This document shows positions 13,759-26,650 of a stretch of 64,000 nt of DNA, in pieces; the stretch's first letter is position 1, and every line of letters starts with the position of its first letter. The notes beneath the pieces are model-generated. The model was given only the letters and a program-made list of their open reading frames with translations. It had not been told where the DNA came from and did no database searches. Source of the DNA: Octopus bimaculoides (lineage: Eukaryota); contig NC_068985.1 in the NCBI RefSeq assembly GCF_001194135.2, positions 31,883,079 to 31,947,078 of the forward strand, given 5' to 3'. A program made the translations under genes and the position numbers.

Positions 13759-15083
13759 CATGGTGGGGCAGAAAGGACAGACAATTTTGAAAAATTCATG
13801 AAATCATTAATTTTAGCTGCAAACAAATTTTATTGACATCAATGTGTTCACATTGAATTAGCATTTGTCAAAATCATGTAGTGCCCGTTTTCATTGATGC
13901 ATTTCTGAAGGTGTTCCTGGAAGTTGGCCTCCACTCTCTCCAGCATTGCTCTGCCAATATGGGTGACTTCCATGTGAATAGCTTCCTTCAAATCATCCAA
14001 CATACAAGGCTTATATGTATACACATGTGCCTTGAGGTTTCTCCACAAGAAATAATCACACATGGACAAATCAGGGGACTGAGAGTGCCAAGGAATGTCA
14101 GCAAACCTGGAAATGAGGCAGTCACTGAAGAGAAGGTGAAGAACATCTATTGATGTTCTGGCTGTGTAGGCCATTGCCCCATCCTGCTGAAACTACACAT
14201 GTCAAATAGGAATATGTTTTCGTTGTAATTCAGGCACAAAGAAGTTGTTTATCATCTCAATTTAATGCTTGGAGTTCACATTAACAGCATTTCCATTATT
14301 GTCTTAAAAAAAGTAAGGGCCAATGATGGCAGCTTTTCCAACAGCACATCAGACTGTCACTTTTGGGCTAGGCTGGGCTGCGCTATGCAGTGGTCTTTTG
14401 TGCAGTTCTCTTGGATTTTTAAGAGCCCAATAACAACAGTTCTGTTGATTCACCATGCCATTGAGATGAAAATGAGCTTCATCACTCATTAACAGAATGA
14501 GGTTGTCATTTGCCACAAAAATTATTTCCATCTGATGTGTGAAGTTAAGCCATGGTGCATATGGTTTTAACTGTTTCCCAATGACCAATTTGTATGGGTG
14601 GAAATGCAGGTCTTCATGCAAAATATGCCTCACCAATTGATTACCAATGCCAAGTTCAGTAGAATGTCTCCAAGCAGAGCAATTCAGACTCCTTATCAAA
14701 GCGTGTCTGATATGTTCCACTTTTCCAGAGTCTGTACTGTTTGTAGCACCTCTACCAGTCTCCTATTCATTAGTGTACCTCGTGTACAAAGTGCATTCAC
14801 CCAACATAAGATTGTGTTATGGGTGGGAACAACCTGATTTCGGTGAATGTTGAAGTGGTGCCTAAACTCATGCTGAACCGTCGTGACAGACTCATTATTC
14901 TTCATGTAACTGTCATAGGCAAACACGTGATGCTTTATCATCCACAGTGCCATGATTTCACCTGAAAAGAAAAAAAAGTGCTAACACACCACAGGCCAAA
15001 TGGTAACTGTCGGACATATGTTCCTCCCCATGGGGCTGAGTAATAGCCATTTCAAAAACATCCGTCCTCTCTGCCCCATCCTG
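13759..15083 (-). mobile_element. Tc1/mariner-superfamily DD41D (rosa/Visitor-type) transposon, pseudogenised
   Basis: Imperfect TIRs of about 30 bp, CA(T/G)G(G/A)TGGGGCAGA(A/G)AGGAC, with TA at 13757-58. Motifs MSDEAHFHLNG, FQQDGAMAYTA and SPDLSMCDYFLW are present. I count 41 residues between the second and third catalytic Asp. Confidence 0.92.
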
Positions 15084-15844
15084 GAGAAATAATGTTGGTT
15101 AATGGGCTAATCTATAAATAAACTTACTTACTTAGATGCTTAACTGTTGATAACAAATTATCTTCTTATAAAGTTATTTCACCATAAGTTTACATAGCAC
15201 ATACCACAGTGTTCAGTTGGGTTCTGATAAGGTATTTACTGCTTTTGAGGCAAGCAGACAACTGTTTCAGTTCAAACATTTTAGTCTTGGTCTTACAAAT
15301 AATGTTGCACATATACCTACTTAGACAGCTGTTATGAAGCTTGTCCAGGCTAAAAAGAATAAACACATTGCTGAATGCAACTGAAAGAGGAGATTCAGAG
15401 GCTGCCAAAATCAAAATAATTAACTTGTAGCGTCCTTTTCTCAATCATAGCTTTTCTTAAGCTATGTCAAAAAGATTTTAATGTGATATTTGAGGCTACC
15501 AAAAAGAGGTGTTACTTTCTCTTAGACAGGCAATTTACCCTAGTAACTGATCAAAAATCTTTTTGTTTATATGTTTTGATACAAGACAATAAAAATTAGA
15601 AAATATCACATTTGCAATTAGAAATTATACCATTGTTTTGAATCCCTTATTACTGTCTTAGTTGCACTACCACATAACTTTTGTGTTACTACTTTACAGA
15701 GTAACATCTCAAAACTCTACAAACCTCTCTGTCATACTTGTATTACAAGATTAATGGATTTTATTCAGGTTCAAAATCTTTTATAATCAATGTGTGATGA
15801 TAAATGTATTTCTAGATGTCATGTCAAAAGATAAAGCCACAATA

Positions 15845-16060
15845 TTCTTTTCTACTCTAGGCACAAGGCTTGAAATTTTGGGGGGAGGGGGCCAGTTGAG
15901 TAGATCAACCCCAATACACAACTGGTACTTAATTTATTGACCCCAAAAAGATGAAAGGCAAAGTCGACTTCAGCGGAATTTGAATTTAGAATGTAAAGAC
16001 AGACAAAATACCGCTAAGTATTTCATTTGGTGTGCTAATGTTTCTGTCAGCATACCACCT
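15845..16060. mobile_element. SINE-like dispersed repeat, second family (also near 4340-4500, 49330-49520, 55625-55785)
   Basis: The string gatcaacccc...actggtacttaatttattgaccccaaaaagatgaaaggcaaagtcgac...ggaatttgaa recurs at several places in the window. Confidence 0.65.
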
Positions 16061-16178
16061 TCACAATATTATCATATAGAACCAGATTAACTCATCAGAT
16101 TTCTGAATCCTTTGGTAGCATAAAAATTGATTTCTCTTGATTGTTATCAAAGAATATTCTCATTTTCCAATTGGTTAC

Positions 16179-16412
16179 TGTGATAGTTGCATTGGGTTGC
16201 TGATTTAGTATCTTGACATATATCTAGAACTCTCAAGGGAAGTCTCATGCAATCATGTGGAAATCATGAGATGAGAAATGAACAAGCTGGCAGCCATAAA
16301 AAGGGTGATACCACTATGCACAGGGAGGATGTTAGGAACTGTACAGTATGGCCCTCGGAAGTGAGCTGTATAACTTGCAGTTATGAACATTTTTCTATAA
16401 AAATGAAACACA
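16179..16412 (+). repeat. 5' LTR
   Basis: Direct repeat of 18846-19076; starts TG and ends CA. Confidence 0.93.
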
Positions 16413-18845
16413 TGTGGGGACGAGGATGAGATCAGGAAAACATTTAGACTTGAACATGGAAGAAACTAATGCCTGGCTGAAACAGTTTGAAGCAAAAATT
16501 GAAGATGTCAAAAAGAAGCTAACATTTCTTTCTATCTGTGGAGCTGAAGCCATAATGAAGTTAAAAGATGTTCTTTTTCCAGTAAGTCTTCAGAACGCAA
16601 CATACCAACAAATAAGGAATGTGTTAAAACAACTAATAAAGCCGAAAGGACTGTTAATTGTAGACAGATTAAAATTATTCGAAATAAAGCAACTAGAAGT
16701 CAATCAACGACTTTCTTAGAATTAGTTCTCAAGCTTCGTTTTGTAATTTGAATAAGTTGAAAAAAAATCCAAAAGAGGAACTCATGAAACTCATTTTCAT
16801 CACAGGATTGTTGTCAGCAGAATTAAAGTTCCAAATTTTGGATCAGTTCCAGTGTCATTCTAAAATGAAATAGCTGCTCTCACATCCACCATAGAAACGG
16901 AAACACTGTTTGTGAGTAGTCGACAAACAATAACAGACTTTAAAGTCAACAAGAATACCCGCAGTCGTGACATTGTAGTGAAATATCGAAATTGTTGGCA
17001 TACATACAAAGCTCATGCGTATCCAGCATATGGAAAAAATTGTGATAAATGTGGCAAATTAAAGCATTTTGCAAGATTTTGCCAATCTAAAAATGATCAC
17101 CATGTGGACAACATAAATATATCTCCAAGCGAGACTGGATCTGTCGATAGTTTGTTGCTAAACGTGAACAATGAGAGTGCAGGTAACATGGGTTTTTCCA
17201 AATGGAGAAGATGAGCACTCTTACTGTAGATACATCATTGATTGCAGTAGCTGGGATTGCAGTAGTGCTATCCCAGGAAGAACACCCAGTAGCATTCATA
17301 AACCACACCTTTAGCCAGGCACAACAAAATTGCTCAAACATAGAGAGAGATGCTTATGCAGTGGTATGGTGCATAGATAGACTGGCATTTCCTTCTAGGA
17401 AAGCAGTTTTATTTGGAAACAGATCACCAGCCTTTAAAGGATTTAGATGTATCTTGATGTGCTTCACAAAAAATAGTCAGGTGGAGTTTGATTCTATCAC
17501 AGAATGATTTTGTCATTAAGCATGTTCCAGGTAAAGTATTCAGCACGTTGATGCCCCCTCTCGCTTGAGGTATAATGAAATTAACAATGGTGATATAATT
17601 TTCTTTGCTTCGAATTTAGACAAATGCGACAGTGCATGGCAGGACATTGATCCCATAATGATGGAAGGCATCCCAAAACAACTAAATGCAAATGCATTAT
17701 ATAACAAAATAAAAGAAAGGATTTAACAGCAAAATTGGAGACCAGTCTTGAATCTGGAACATACATTTGTTAAAGAGAAGGATTTTCTAACAGGCAAAGA
17801 TGGCTTACTATAAAATAAAAATCATCCATTTTTTCCAGCACCTTATAGAGCTGCAGTATTAGCTAAAATACACAAGACACACATGGGCGTTCAACAAACA
17901 ATTAAGAAGGCACGACTCTGTGTTTGGTGACCTGGGTTGGCTTACTCGGTGGAGACGTTTGTCAAATCTTGTGATAGTTGCCAGAGAGTTAGTCCAAATT
18001 TAGTAAAAGCAAATGATTCACGGCCTATTTCTGGGCCCTGGGAACATGTGCATACCTGTGATTGTAGATGCCTATTCAACATGGATCAAGGCATTTTGTG
18101 TCCTAATCACTCAACTGAGGTGGTAAAAAACATTTTGGTGTACCCACAGCTTTAGTATCAGACAATGGACCTGAATTTGTTGAGTTAAAAAATATGTTGT
18201 CATCAGTAGGTTGCAGGAAAACTGAGACACCTGCTTACAGTCCAGCATCTAATGGTGCTACTGAAAGGTCCGTACAAACTGTGAAAGCCGTATTGAAGCC
18301 TTCTGATCCAAAGACAGGGAATTTTGACAACTACCTGAACAAAATTCTGTTCAACCATCAGTGCCTCAGGTGGTTGTAAATTATCACCAGCTGAAAAGTT
18401 AATGAGGGTTGCTGTAAACCCATTCTTTGAAATAGGTGATGATGTAATACACAAAACCATGTTCGACAAGGGTGCATCCAAGGCAAAATATGTGATACAT
18501 GATGGAAAGAATACTGCATGGATTAAGGAGGGTCACCCACTGCAATTAGTGGCAGTTGAGCAACTGGCCCCTCTAAACACACAAGAACCAGAACCAGAAT
18601 TGAGCACAACACCTGGCACAATGTTTCATGCTGAGTCTGTAAGGATGCCTACCAGTGACAGTGCAATCATATCAAGTCCCCAGGCTAGGCATGACACCAA
18701 TACCAGAGATGTAGAAGTGGAGCAGCCTATTATTGACGATACTGGCTGTCAAAGATTGAACACGAAAATTTCATCAAGTCCTCAAATGAGGCAAAGTGCA
18801 AGAATTGCAGCAGGATGTAAAAAGCCAAAATGCTTCGAGGAGGAA

Positions 18846-19076
18846 TGTGATAGTTGCATTGGGTTACTGATTTAGTATCCTGATATATATAGAACTTTCG
18901 TGCAATCATGTGGAGATCATGGGATGAGAAATGAACGAGCTGGCAGTCATAAAAGGGGTGATACCGCTATGCACAGGGAGGATGCTAGGAACCGTACAGC
19001 ATGGACCTTGGAAGTGAACTGTATAACTTGCAGTTATGAACATTCAACATATTTTCTATAAGAGTGAAACAAAACA
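18846..19076 (+). repeat. 3' LTR
   Basis: Direct repeat of 16179-16412 with scattered transitions and two indels; followed by TSD GTTAC. Confidence 0.93.
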
Positions 19077-20397
19077 GTTACCCATGTCACAAAGTTTCTT
19101 CAACTGTCCATATTTGCTTGACCATGTTAGTTTCTGTCTTTGGTTCATCTAGGTATGGCCTCTCAGATACAGGAACTTCCTTCAGATCTTCCAAACTGAA
19201 GTTTTTCCTTAAAAAATGGTCACAGAAATGCACATGCCAATTTGACTTCCCTTATATAGAAATATTCTGGTGAGGATGTACATTTGTAAAATGGACAATT
19301 CTTTAGTCTCAAGAAAGTTCATTATGCTCACATTTATTCTCTAATTTGTTGAGAATATACTGTAGCAATTAGATTCTTAGTCCCATCAAGAGATTTTCTA
19401 GATATGCTTTAGCATGATAAAACTTTTCCAACCAAATGTATGGAAATTCCTGAAAACTGCCCTGGCTTGTCTATTGTGACTCGTGATAGAGTCCTGACAC
19501 AGTAACCTGATAAGCCCTGACAGAACCTTCCAAAGACTTTGCAGTTCTACTCACATTAGAAAACCAATTGAAAGATATAGTCACACTCATAGAAAAATAT
19601 TGTGAGATATTGCTCTAATGATTTACCCATTTGGTCATTGATACTGTTCTAATAATGTTGTATATGTGGTTTAGTGGTGGTGGAGAATTTCAGGCTATTA
19701 TAAAACAGTGGATTCTGCAGCTATAGATGCTTTATAAACTGCTTCGGAGAATTTTATCTGTAAAAGTCAGTAAAACCTTTAGTGAATTAAATCTTGCTTT
19801 AAACTGACTAACCTCTTAAGGTATTCTTATTTCAAGCAGCATTTCAATGTTTTATTTTTTTGTTTCATTTTTCACTGATTGCTAGTATGTATAAGAATAA
19901 ATTATTAGTCAATTACTAGAGACCTTTGTTGCTTACAGAATCAAGGATTTGACAATGTAAAAAGATGCTATTAGAATTTATGTGGGAAATGAGTGATTAA
20001 TGAACTATATATTCACTTTTTCCAATATAACACCCTTGATTTGCTCACGTTTGCCAAGTAACAGTTTCTCATGACTATATTTATCTCAAATAGAATATTC
20101 TTTTAATGAACTTTCTGAATACAAACAGGTAAAAAATAAAGTTGAAAGAAACTTATAGTGGTCTAGTTAGTGAGTTTAGATAAATTCTTATGCTGTGACC
20201 AGAGATTCTTTTGAAATTTTAAATATACTTCCTTGTGTATCATGAGTACTCAATGAGGGTACACTGAATTTTAATATGCTACATTAGAAGAGGTGTAATG
20301 GCACGCTTTTCCTATCTGGAATTAAACCTTTTTTCTCCAGTTGTTGACTGGATCTCAGGTGTCGCGGACTTGGTTTACGAAATGTAATAGATAATCT

Positions 20398-21066
20398 GGA
20401 TCTTGTTCAAAACGGGGGCACCAGTTTTCATTTATGTTTTATGTAGTGTTTTTGGTACCGAAAGACTTTCAAACTTCGTATACTTATCTATTATGTGTTA
20501 TACAACAGAAAAAAATTTTGTATTCGAATTTATTTCATGTAAAAAATTGTCTTATTTCGATAATTTCAACCAATCACTGACAAGTATTCAGCTGTTTACA
20601 AGTTACTCCTTTGGCAGTTTAAGCGGTGTAAAGCGTATTTAATCTCCATTACTTCTGACATTTTGCAGAGGCAACACACGTGTGTTCGTTTTCCCTAACC
20701 CTAATTGACTTGCTCCTTCCCTCAAAAACCATGCCTTGTGCCTATAATAGAAAGGNNNNNNNNNNACTGCCAATATGCTTCAGCCATTTTTTGACAAGGA
20801 AATAATAATTTTATCACCGCCAAAATCGTTTGACAATCGTTTGTTTACGTAGTCAGCACTTACTGTTATTCGGCTGAATGGACGTCAGTCATTGGTTGAA
20901 ATTACAGAAATACGACAACTTTAACATGAAATAACTTGCGATGTACGTTTTTTTTGTTAAGAAGACTAAGAGAAAAAGATGTTTTATATGACACATTCTA
21001 CCGGTGTCCCAAGTTTCAAAGTGTTTCGTTAAGAAAATACTGGTGCCCCCGTTTTGAACAGGATCC
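20398..21066. mobile_element. MITE with 28-bp TIRs and 8-bp TSD (Merlin-like or hAT-like)
   Basis: TIR GGATC(T/C)TGTTCAAAACGGGGGCACCAGT with one mismatch; exact TSD GATAATCT at 20390-97 and 21067-74; no coding capacity; contains a 10-N gap. Confidence 0.9.
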
Positions 21067-22183
21067 GATAATCTGAGTACTGCTTAGTCATCTTTCATTG
21101 AAGAGCAAATTCCTGGTTCACTTAACACACTTTTCTCAAAATAATGTTAGAAATCAGTCGTGCAGAAAGGTGTATCTCTCTGCTTTCCTAACGTCCTCTT
21201 ATTAAGTACTCATTACTTTCAAGCTTTTCATAAAAAACTGTCGCTAATCTATATTGAACACACTACACAATAATGGATAACAAAGTAAATGTTAGATTAC
21301 GGTCTTACTACACTTGAATTGACATGCTTCATAAAGAAAACTTGTCTGAAGCAAAAATTGCCTGATGTATAAGTATTACATATCGGTGTGTGTGTGTAAA
21401 CATCGGACATTACAAAATCAGAAATGCATACAACTATTAAAGTAATTGAAATAGCACAATATCAACAATAAATTCATTTTTATGAAATTCTCAAACAAAC
21501 GTCACTCAAGGTTTGAAAATTGCTTCAAAATATTAATAATGATTTAATTATAAGTTTTTGTGAGATTTGGGGTGGGGTTCGAATAGATCGGGAGGTTTGT
21601 GGTTTTACATTAGTTAACTACTAACAGTAATTAGTGTACTTAAACATTTACATTCAACACACAGACCCGCGGAAATTAATTCAATAACACTCAGCAAAAA
21701 ATAATTAACTGAATTAATAATGGTTTATTTAGTTATTGTAACAAAAGAATTCTTACGGATCTATCTGACTACTATCCAGCCATGAAATAAGCGGAAAATG
21801 TTTCAAGCCTAAGTGAAGTCGATGACCCGATTCAATCTACATGTCCATATATTTCTATATTTAGTGACAACGTGTCCAAAGAGTTTCGATTTTCTCAAGA
21901 TTGAAAAGAAAAATTATAACAGCTATACAAAAATGGATATGATAAATATATACTATTTACTTTTATCTCATACATCTGGTTTGTTTATTCATCGGAATTT
22001 TTTTTTTTATATACCTGAAGCAAACATTCGCGCACATGCACGTCAATGTATATGTACTTTTTTCAGTGTTTAAACAAAGAAACTTTTTAGTAGATGTTAT
22101 CAATAATGTTTAGTTACGATGAAAAATAAAATGCAAACAAAACAAAACAAAAATAAGCTGACTGTTGATAAGGAGTATATATA

Positions 22184-22357
22184 NNNNNNNNNNNNNNNNN
22201 NNNNNNNNNNNNNNNNNNNNNNNNNNNNNNNNNNNNNNNNNNNNNNNNNNNNNNNNNNNNNNNNNNNNNNNNNNNNNNNNNNNNNNNNNNNNNNNNNNNN
22301 NNNNNNNNNNNNNNNNNNNNNNNNNNNNNNNNNNNNNNNNNNNNNNNNNNNNNNNNN
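22184..22357. other. Assembly gap (others at 20756-65, 35123-32, 42042-42482, 48420-29)
   Basis: Runs of N, mostly next to (TA)n. Confidence 1.
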
Positions 22358-23404
22358 ATATATATAAGTACGTGTATACAAAACATACCTTAATTCAGCG
22401 TCATTTGAGTAGAATCGTTTGACAAGAAACAAACCAAGACTTGGCAAAAGTTCTTTAAGTTCTGCAGGCGGATAGCAGTAAAATTCGGAAATTGCTATAA
22501 GTAACTTCACGCAGAGAATTAGAAAATTCTTTGTACATAAAAATGTTAAGAAAAATATTTTTGAAATGATATAATCAATTTCGGAAAAATAAAGTATGCA
22601 TGATTTCCTGCTTAAAATTTTCGAAAGGGAATGTTTCTTGAGGTCCTATATACACGAATAAAAACAAACTAGTTTTTCCACAACACATTTGCCTTAAGAA
22701 AACAGGTTTTTTTTTCCTCATACAAAACTATTTGACTGAGTCCACTGTTTGCAAAAGTTTAAGAGCGCGATTGAAAAAAGTTTTAATCTGCCCGAAGCCC
22801 ACCCTGTTGACGTGACAAACACAATGCGTGACCCTATAACCACTCCTCTCCAGTATACCCGCATTGCTATTCAATAACCTATTTACTGTTTTTCAATCAA
22901 GATCTGATCATTTTTAAGCATGTACATGTATAGCGAAGTAAGAAAGTGGGATAATTTACAATTGTTCGTCTTTAAAATAAACTAATAATTTCATATTTGC
23001 CAGTAAAGTCCAGATCTATTTGATTCAGTTGAAAAGTCGAAAAACGGGAACATATCCCAATATGTAAACAGGTATTATTCTTAGCAGTTGACGTTTCACC
23101 TGACATAGCAACTTCGGTGTTAGTTTACAGGAGTGACTTACAAAAATAATTTTCCGACAGGATAATCCAAAACGGATATTATAGTTTAAGCAGTGTATAT
23201 ATGAATGTGTGTGTGAGTCCTGTTTATGAACGTGAAAAAAACTGATTTTCACTCAGGCTTTGCAAACAAGCTCTTTAGATTCGCGGAAGTCGAAATATAT
23301 TGACAGAGAAAAATACTTCACTTGGTAGTCGTAATGTATTGGATATTAAATTTATTAAAAAAATGGCAACGGAAAATTAAAGAAAAACTGAATAATTGAA
23401 CATA

Positions 23405-23790
23405 GGTGCTAGCGTCGCTGTGTTACAAGAAACTTGCTTCTCAACCATCTGGTTCTCGGTTCAGTTACACTGCATGGCATCTTGGACCGGACCGACCAAA
23501 GCCTTGTGAGTGGATCTGGTACACAGAATCTGTAAGAAGCCCGTTGCATATATATGTGTGTGGGTGTGTGTGTCTTTATGTCTGTGTTTGTCTCCCACCC
23601 CCGTTTGACAACCGGTATGTTTACACCTCGTTCTATTCGTCTCTTTTGCGGTTCGGCAAAACACCCGATAGAATAAGTACCAGGCTAAGAAAAAAAAAAA
23701 AAAATACTGGGGTCGATAAATTCTACTAAAAATTCTTCATGGCAGTGCCCCAGCATAGCTGCAGTTTAATGACTAAAACAAATTAAAGAT
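23405..23790 (+). mobile_element. tRNA-derived SINE
   Basis: Same head, body and tail as 34937-35318 (accaaagccttgtgagtggat; gatagaataagtac; ggcagtgccccagcat). Confidence 0.8.
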
Positions 23791-24739
23791 GAGTAATTGA
23801 ACGTAATTAAGTTCTGTAAAGGAAATATGAAAAGATATGATTGACTTTTTTTTTTAAATGTAAAGCTTGAAGGCACATGATTTTAATAAAACATATTCAG
23901 CTTTTATAAAACATGTATTTGAAGTAAATAATAAATGAATATCAATATTTAGAAGATGGTGATAGCACGTCTTTTCTTCCTGTCTAAGTATTTTTGACTT
24001 TCAGCATCCATGCTGAAGCGGTTATGAAATAATATACATCATTAAAAAAGAATTAAAATCTATTTTCCATTAGAAATTTAATCTATTGGAAACATAGAAA
24101 AAAACTAATTTTCTACGTAAAATATAAAGAACTTGGAGAAATTTGTTTAAAGACAAGAGTTACTTCAGAATCTAAAATACAGGTATACGTATGTACGGGT
24201 GCATATACATACACCTGTTACATCCCCAAGCACTTACTCTTCCTACCTCTTCTTCTACATACACATATATATGATTATATAAACGCATTTCTTATTGTAG
24301 CAAATTGAATTTTGAATATGATGTGCATCTTATTTCAACAACCTCGACCGTTAAACAGTAAAACTAATTAGCAAAGCAAAGTGAGATAAACAGAGTTATG
24401 TACCTTGTTCAATATCACATGCTTGTTCTTAAGTTTGCACTCAACTGTAAAATTTCACAGCAGTTCTTCAGTCACTCATACGAATAATTCAAATATAACA
24501 ATCGCTATAAAGGTGAACATAAGGACTGACGGATCAAACGATCCTAAAAACGAAATAGTAACCAAATTAAAGCACAGTCAGCTTGATATTGTTGGAACCG
24601 GAAAAAATTGTTTGATTCTGAAATTTAGTTGTCACTTAACATCAATGTGGTAAGAAATAGTCTTCTGTGGACCATTGATGAGTAGTTCACAAATCCAGGG
24701 CCCAAAATAGATTTTCACTTTTATGCCCATTGTTATTGG

Positions 24740-26160
24740 GACAATACTTGCTTTGCTTATTTATTTGCTTGTTTATGACAGCCCATCAAAGCTGATGACA
24801 ACATCGATCCAGCACATTGTTTCTCATGGGATCGGACGTAGCTGACAAGACTAATACGAGACAGGCAGATCCTGTGACCCTGAACAACAGCTGCAAGGGG
24901 TTGCTGACAACGTCTCCTCTCTTCATGCAGTCTCCTGCGTCCTGTTTCAAAGTGCTCTACTCTAGCATCCCACTCGGATCTCCATGCCCTCAGATTAACC
25001 ATGGACTCCAACCGGTTGGGAGGGACACCACATAAAATGAAAGACCACTTGAGATGATCATGAAAACGAAGTTTTGGATGTCCATGTCTCGATCACGCTG
25101 AAGAGGACCATCTTTGGCAGCTGGTTACCTGGCATCTGAAATCACGTGACTAACCTAGCTGAGAAAACAACCACGGATGCAGACCTTAATGCTGAAGATC
25201 CCAACCCTCAAGAGGATTTTGGTATGAGGCACCTTGTCCTTCCACATGAGACCGAGGATACTGTGATTGAATATGGAACGCTTCCAGTTGTCTAATCTGG
25301 TGCTGATAAAGGGTTAACCACTCAGACCCATATAGGAGGGTGGATACAATAAATGGAGATGTTTGTGCTTGTTCTACGATTTTCTTATTTTGAAAGACTT
25401 CATTTGCTGTCTCCTGAAAGATGCAGAGTTGATCTGACAGTGTGTCTCCTCATCAAGGAGTCCAGTGTTAGAGATTGTGCTCCCAAAATAGCAGAATGAG
25501 TCTACCAGCGGTAGAGGAGCATCATCAATAAGGAAAAGTTGAGGGGGAGGTTGGTACCAGAAAGCTGACTGGAGAACTTCAGTGTTTTGATGATTTACCT
25601 TGAGAAGACAGGCTGCAAATATCATGTCAAAAGTGCTTCTTTCTTATCGAAATCCACACTGGGACTCAGGCATAACTAGATTGATAACCTGAAATAGATG
25701 TCAGAGGAGAATACGTGAAAGGATCTTGCCGGCGTTATCCAGAAGAGAGATTTCTCTGCTGTTGCCACACTCTGTACGGTCTCCCTTGCACTTGTAGATT
25801 GCGACAATTTTGGAGTGTTTCCATCTGTTGGGTATAGTCTTCTACAAACAAAGATTGGAGATGTGAGGTGAGGTGAGGCCTGCCATACTTGTAAATCTCA
25901 CCCAATTCCCATCATCACCGGGAGCAGGGCTGGATCAAGGTACCAGCAACTTGAGTAGTTGCCTGGGGTGCCAAGGAGGTCATGACAAAGACAAGGAAAT
26001 TTCCATGATTGTCAGCTTGCATGTGCCAAAGTTCAGGTTGCCTGGGATGCCAGCAACCCTAGGGCCAGCCCTGACTGGGAGATTACTTGTCTTGAGACCA
26101 CAGACGGCCTGTTGGTGTGTTGTCAAGCTCTATCAGGATATCTTTCCATGTTGCATCAAA
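24740..26160 (-). mobile_element. RTE (BovB-like) LINE, 5'-truncated and degenerate ORF2
   Basis: Minus-strand peptides LVDSFCYFGSTISNTGLLDEE and the C-terminal RRRLHEERRRCQ...CHRICLSRISLVSYVRSH zinc-knuckle end typical of RTE ORF2. Confidence 0.85.
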
Positions 26161-26242
26161 TAAGTACCAGTAAAGTAATTAAATCATGTATATTTCCATC
26201 ATAATATTTATAGTCTTGTACAAATGTTAGAAATCACTATTC

Positions 26243-26650
26243 AACATCATCATTTAACGTTCATTGTACGTGCTGGCATTGGTTGGATGGTTTGACCAGA
26301 GCTGGTAAGCTGGAAGACTGCACCAGACTCCAGTCAGGTATCATAGCATCCAGCTATGGTTCCTATAGCTGGATGCCCTTCTTAATACCAACCACTCCAA
26401 GTGTGTAATGGGTGCTTTTACATGCCAGCAGCACAGACGCCATTTGCACAACACCAGTATCTGCCATGACTGTGATTTTACCTGGCTTGATGTGTTTTCT
26501 TCTCAAGCATTACATAATGCCAAAGATCTTGGTCATTGCCTCTGTGAAGCCCAACACTCAAAAGGAGCTTTTCACATGCTATTGGCATCAACCACTTTGA
26601 TCCATGAGGCCCAACACTTGAAAGGTGCTTTGGGCCTCATAGAGGCAAAG
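26243..26650 (-). mobile_element. RTE-type LINE 3' UTR/tail (abundant family ending in (GAT)n)
   Basis: catcatcatttaacgt...gctggatgcccttc...accaaccactcc on plus is the reverse complement of the family's 3' end. Confidence 0.8.

Larger units (their letters stand above)
16179..19076 (+). mobile_element. Gypsy/Ty3 LTR retrotransposon, internally deleted (gag, RNase H and integrase remnants; no protease or RT)
   Basis: TG...CA LTRs at 16179-16412 and 18846-19076, 5-bp TSD GTTAC (16174-78, 19077-81), PBS-like TGGGGACGAGG (16415-25) and purine tract GAGGAGGAA before the 3' LTR. Peptides: gag with CDKCGKLKHFARFC knuckle, RNase H LTVDTS..AVVLSQ..PVAF..IERDAYAVVW, integrase HMG..CDSCQ and TPAYSPASNGATERSVQTVK. 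Confidence 0.95.
21500..24660. promoter_or_regulatory. CpG-retaining region, probable promoter(s) or first exon(s)
   Basis: Visibly more CG dinucleotides than the flanks. Contains TGACGTGA near 22808, GCGGAAGT (23283-90) and GAACCGGAA (24595-603). Has a minus-strand donor AG|GTATGT (22388-83) and a plus-strand ATGTG|GTAAGA (24645-55). CpG content was assessed by eye only. Confidence 0.4.

Noticed and set aside
19090-19250. Minus-strand peptide HFCDHFLRKNFSLEDL, faintly THAP-like
   Set aside because: An in-frame stop lies just upstream, there is no acceptor, and the other THAP residues are absent.
22100-22510. Long ORFs across the N gap (also 41999-42727 and 42007-42549)
   Set aside because: Their length is an artefact of X codons. 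Only the piggyBac N-terminal part and the 22388 donor are meaningful.
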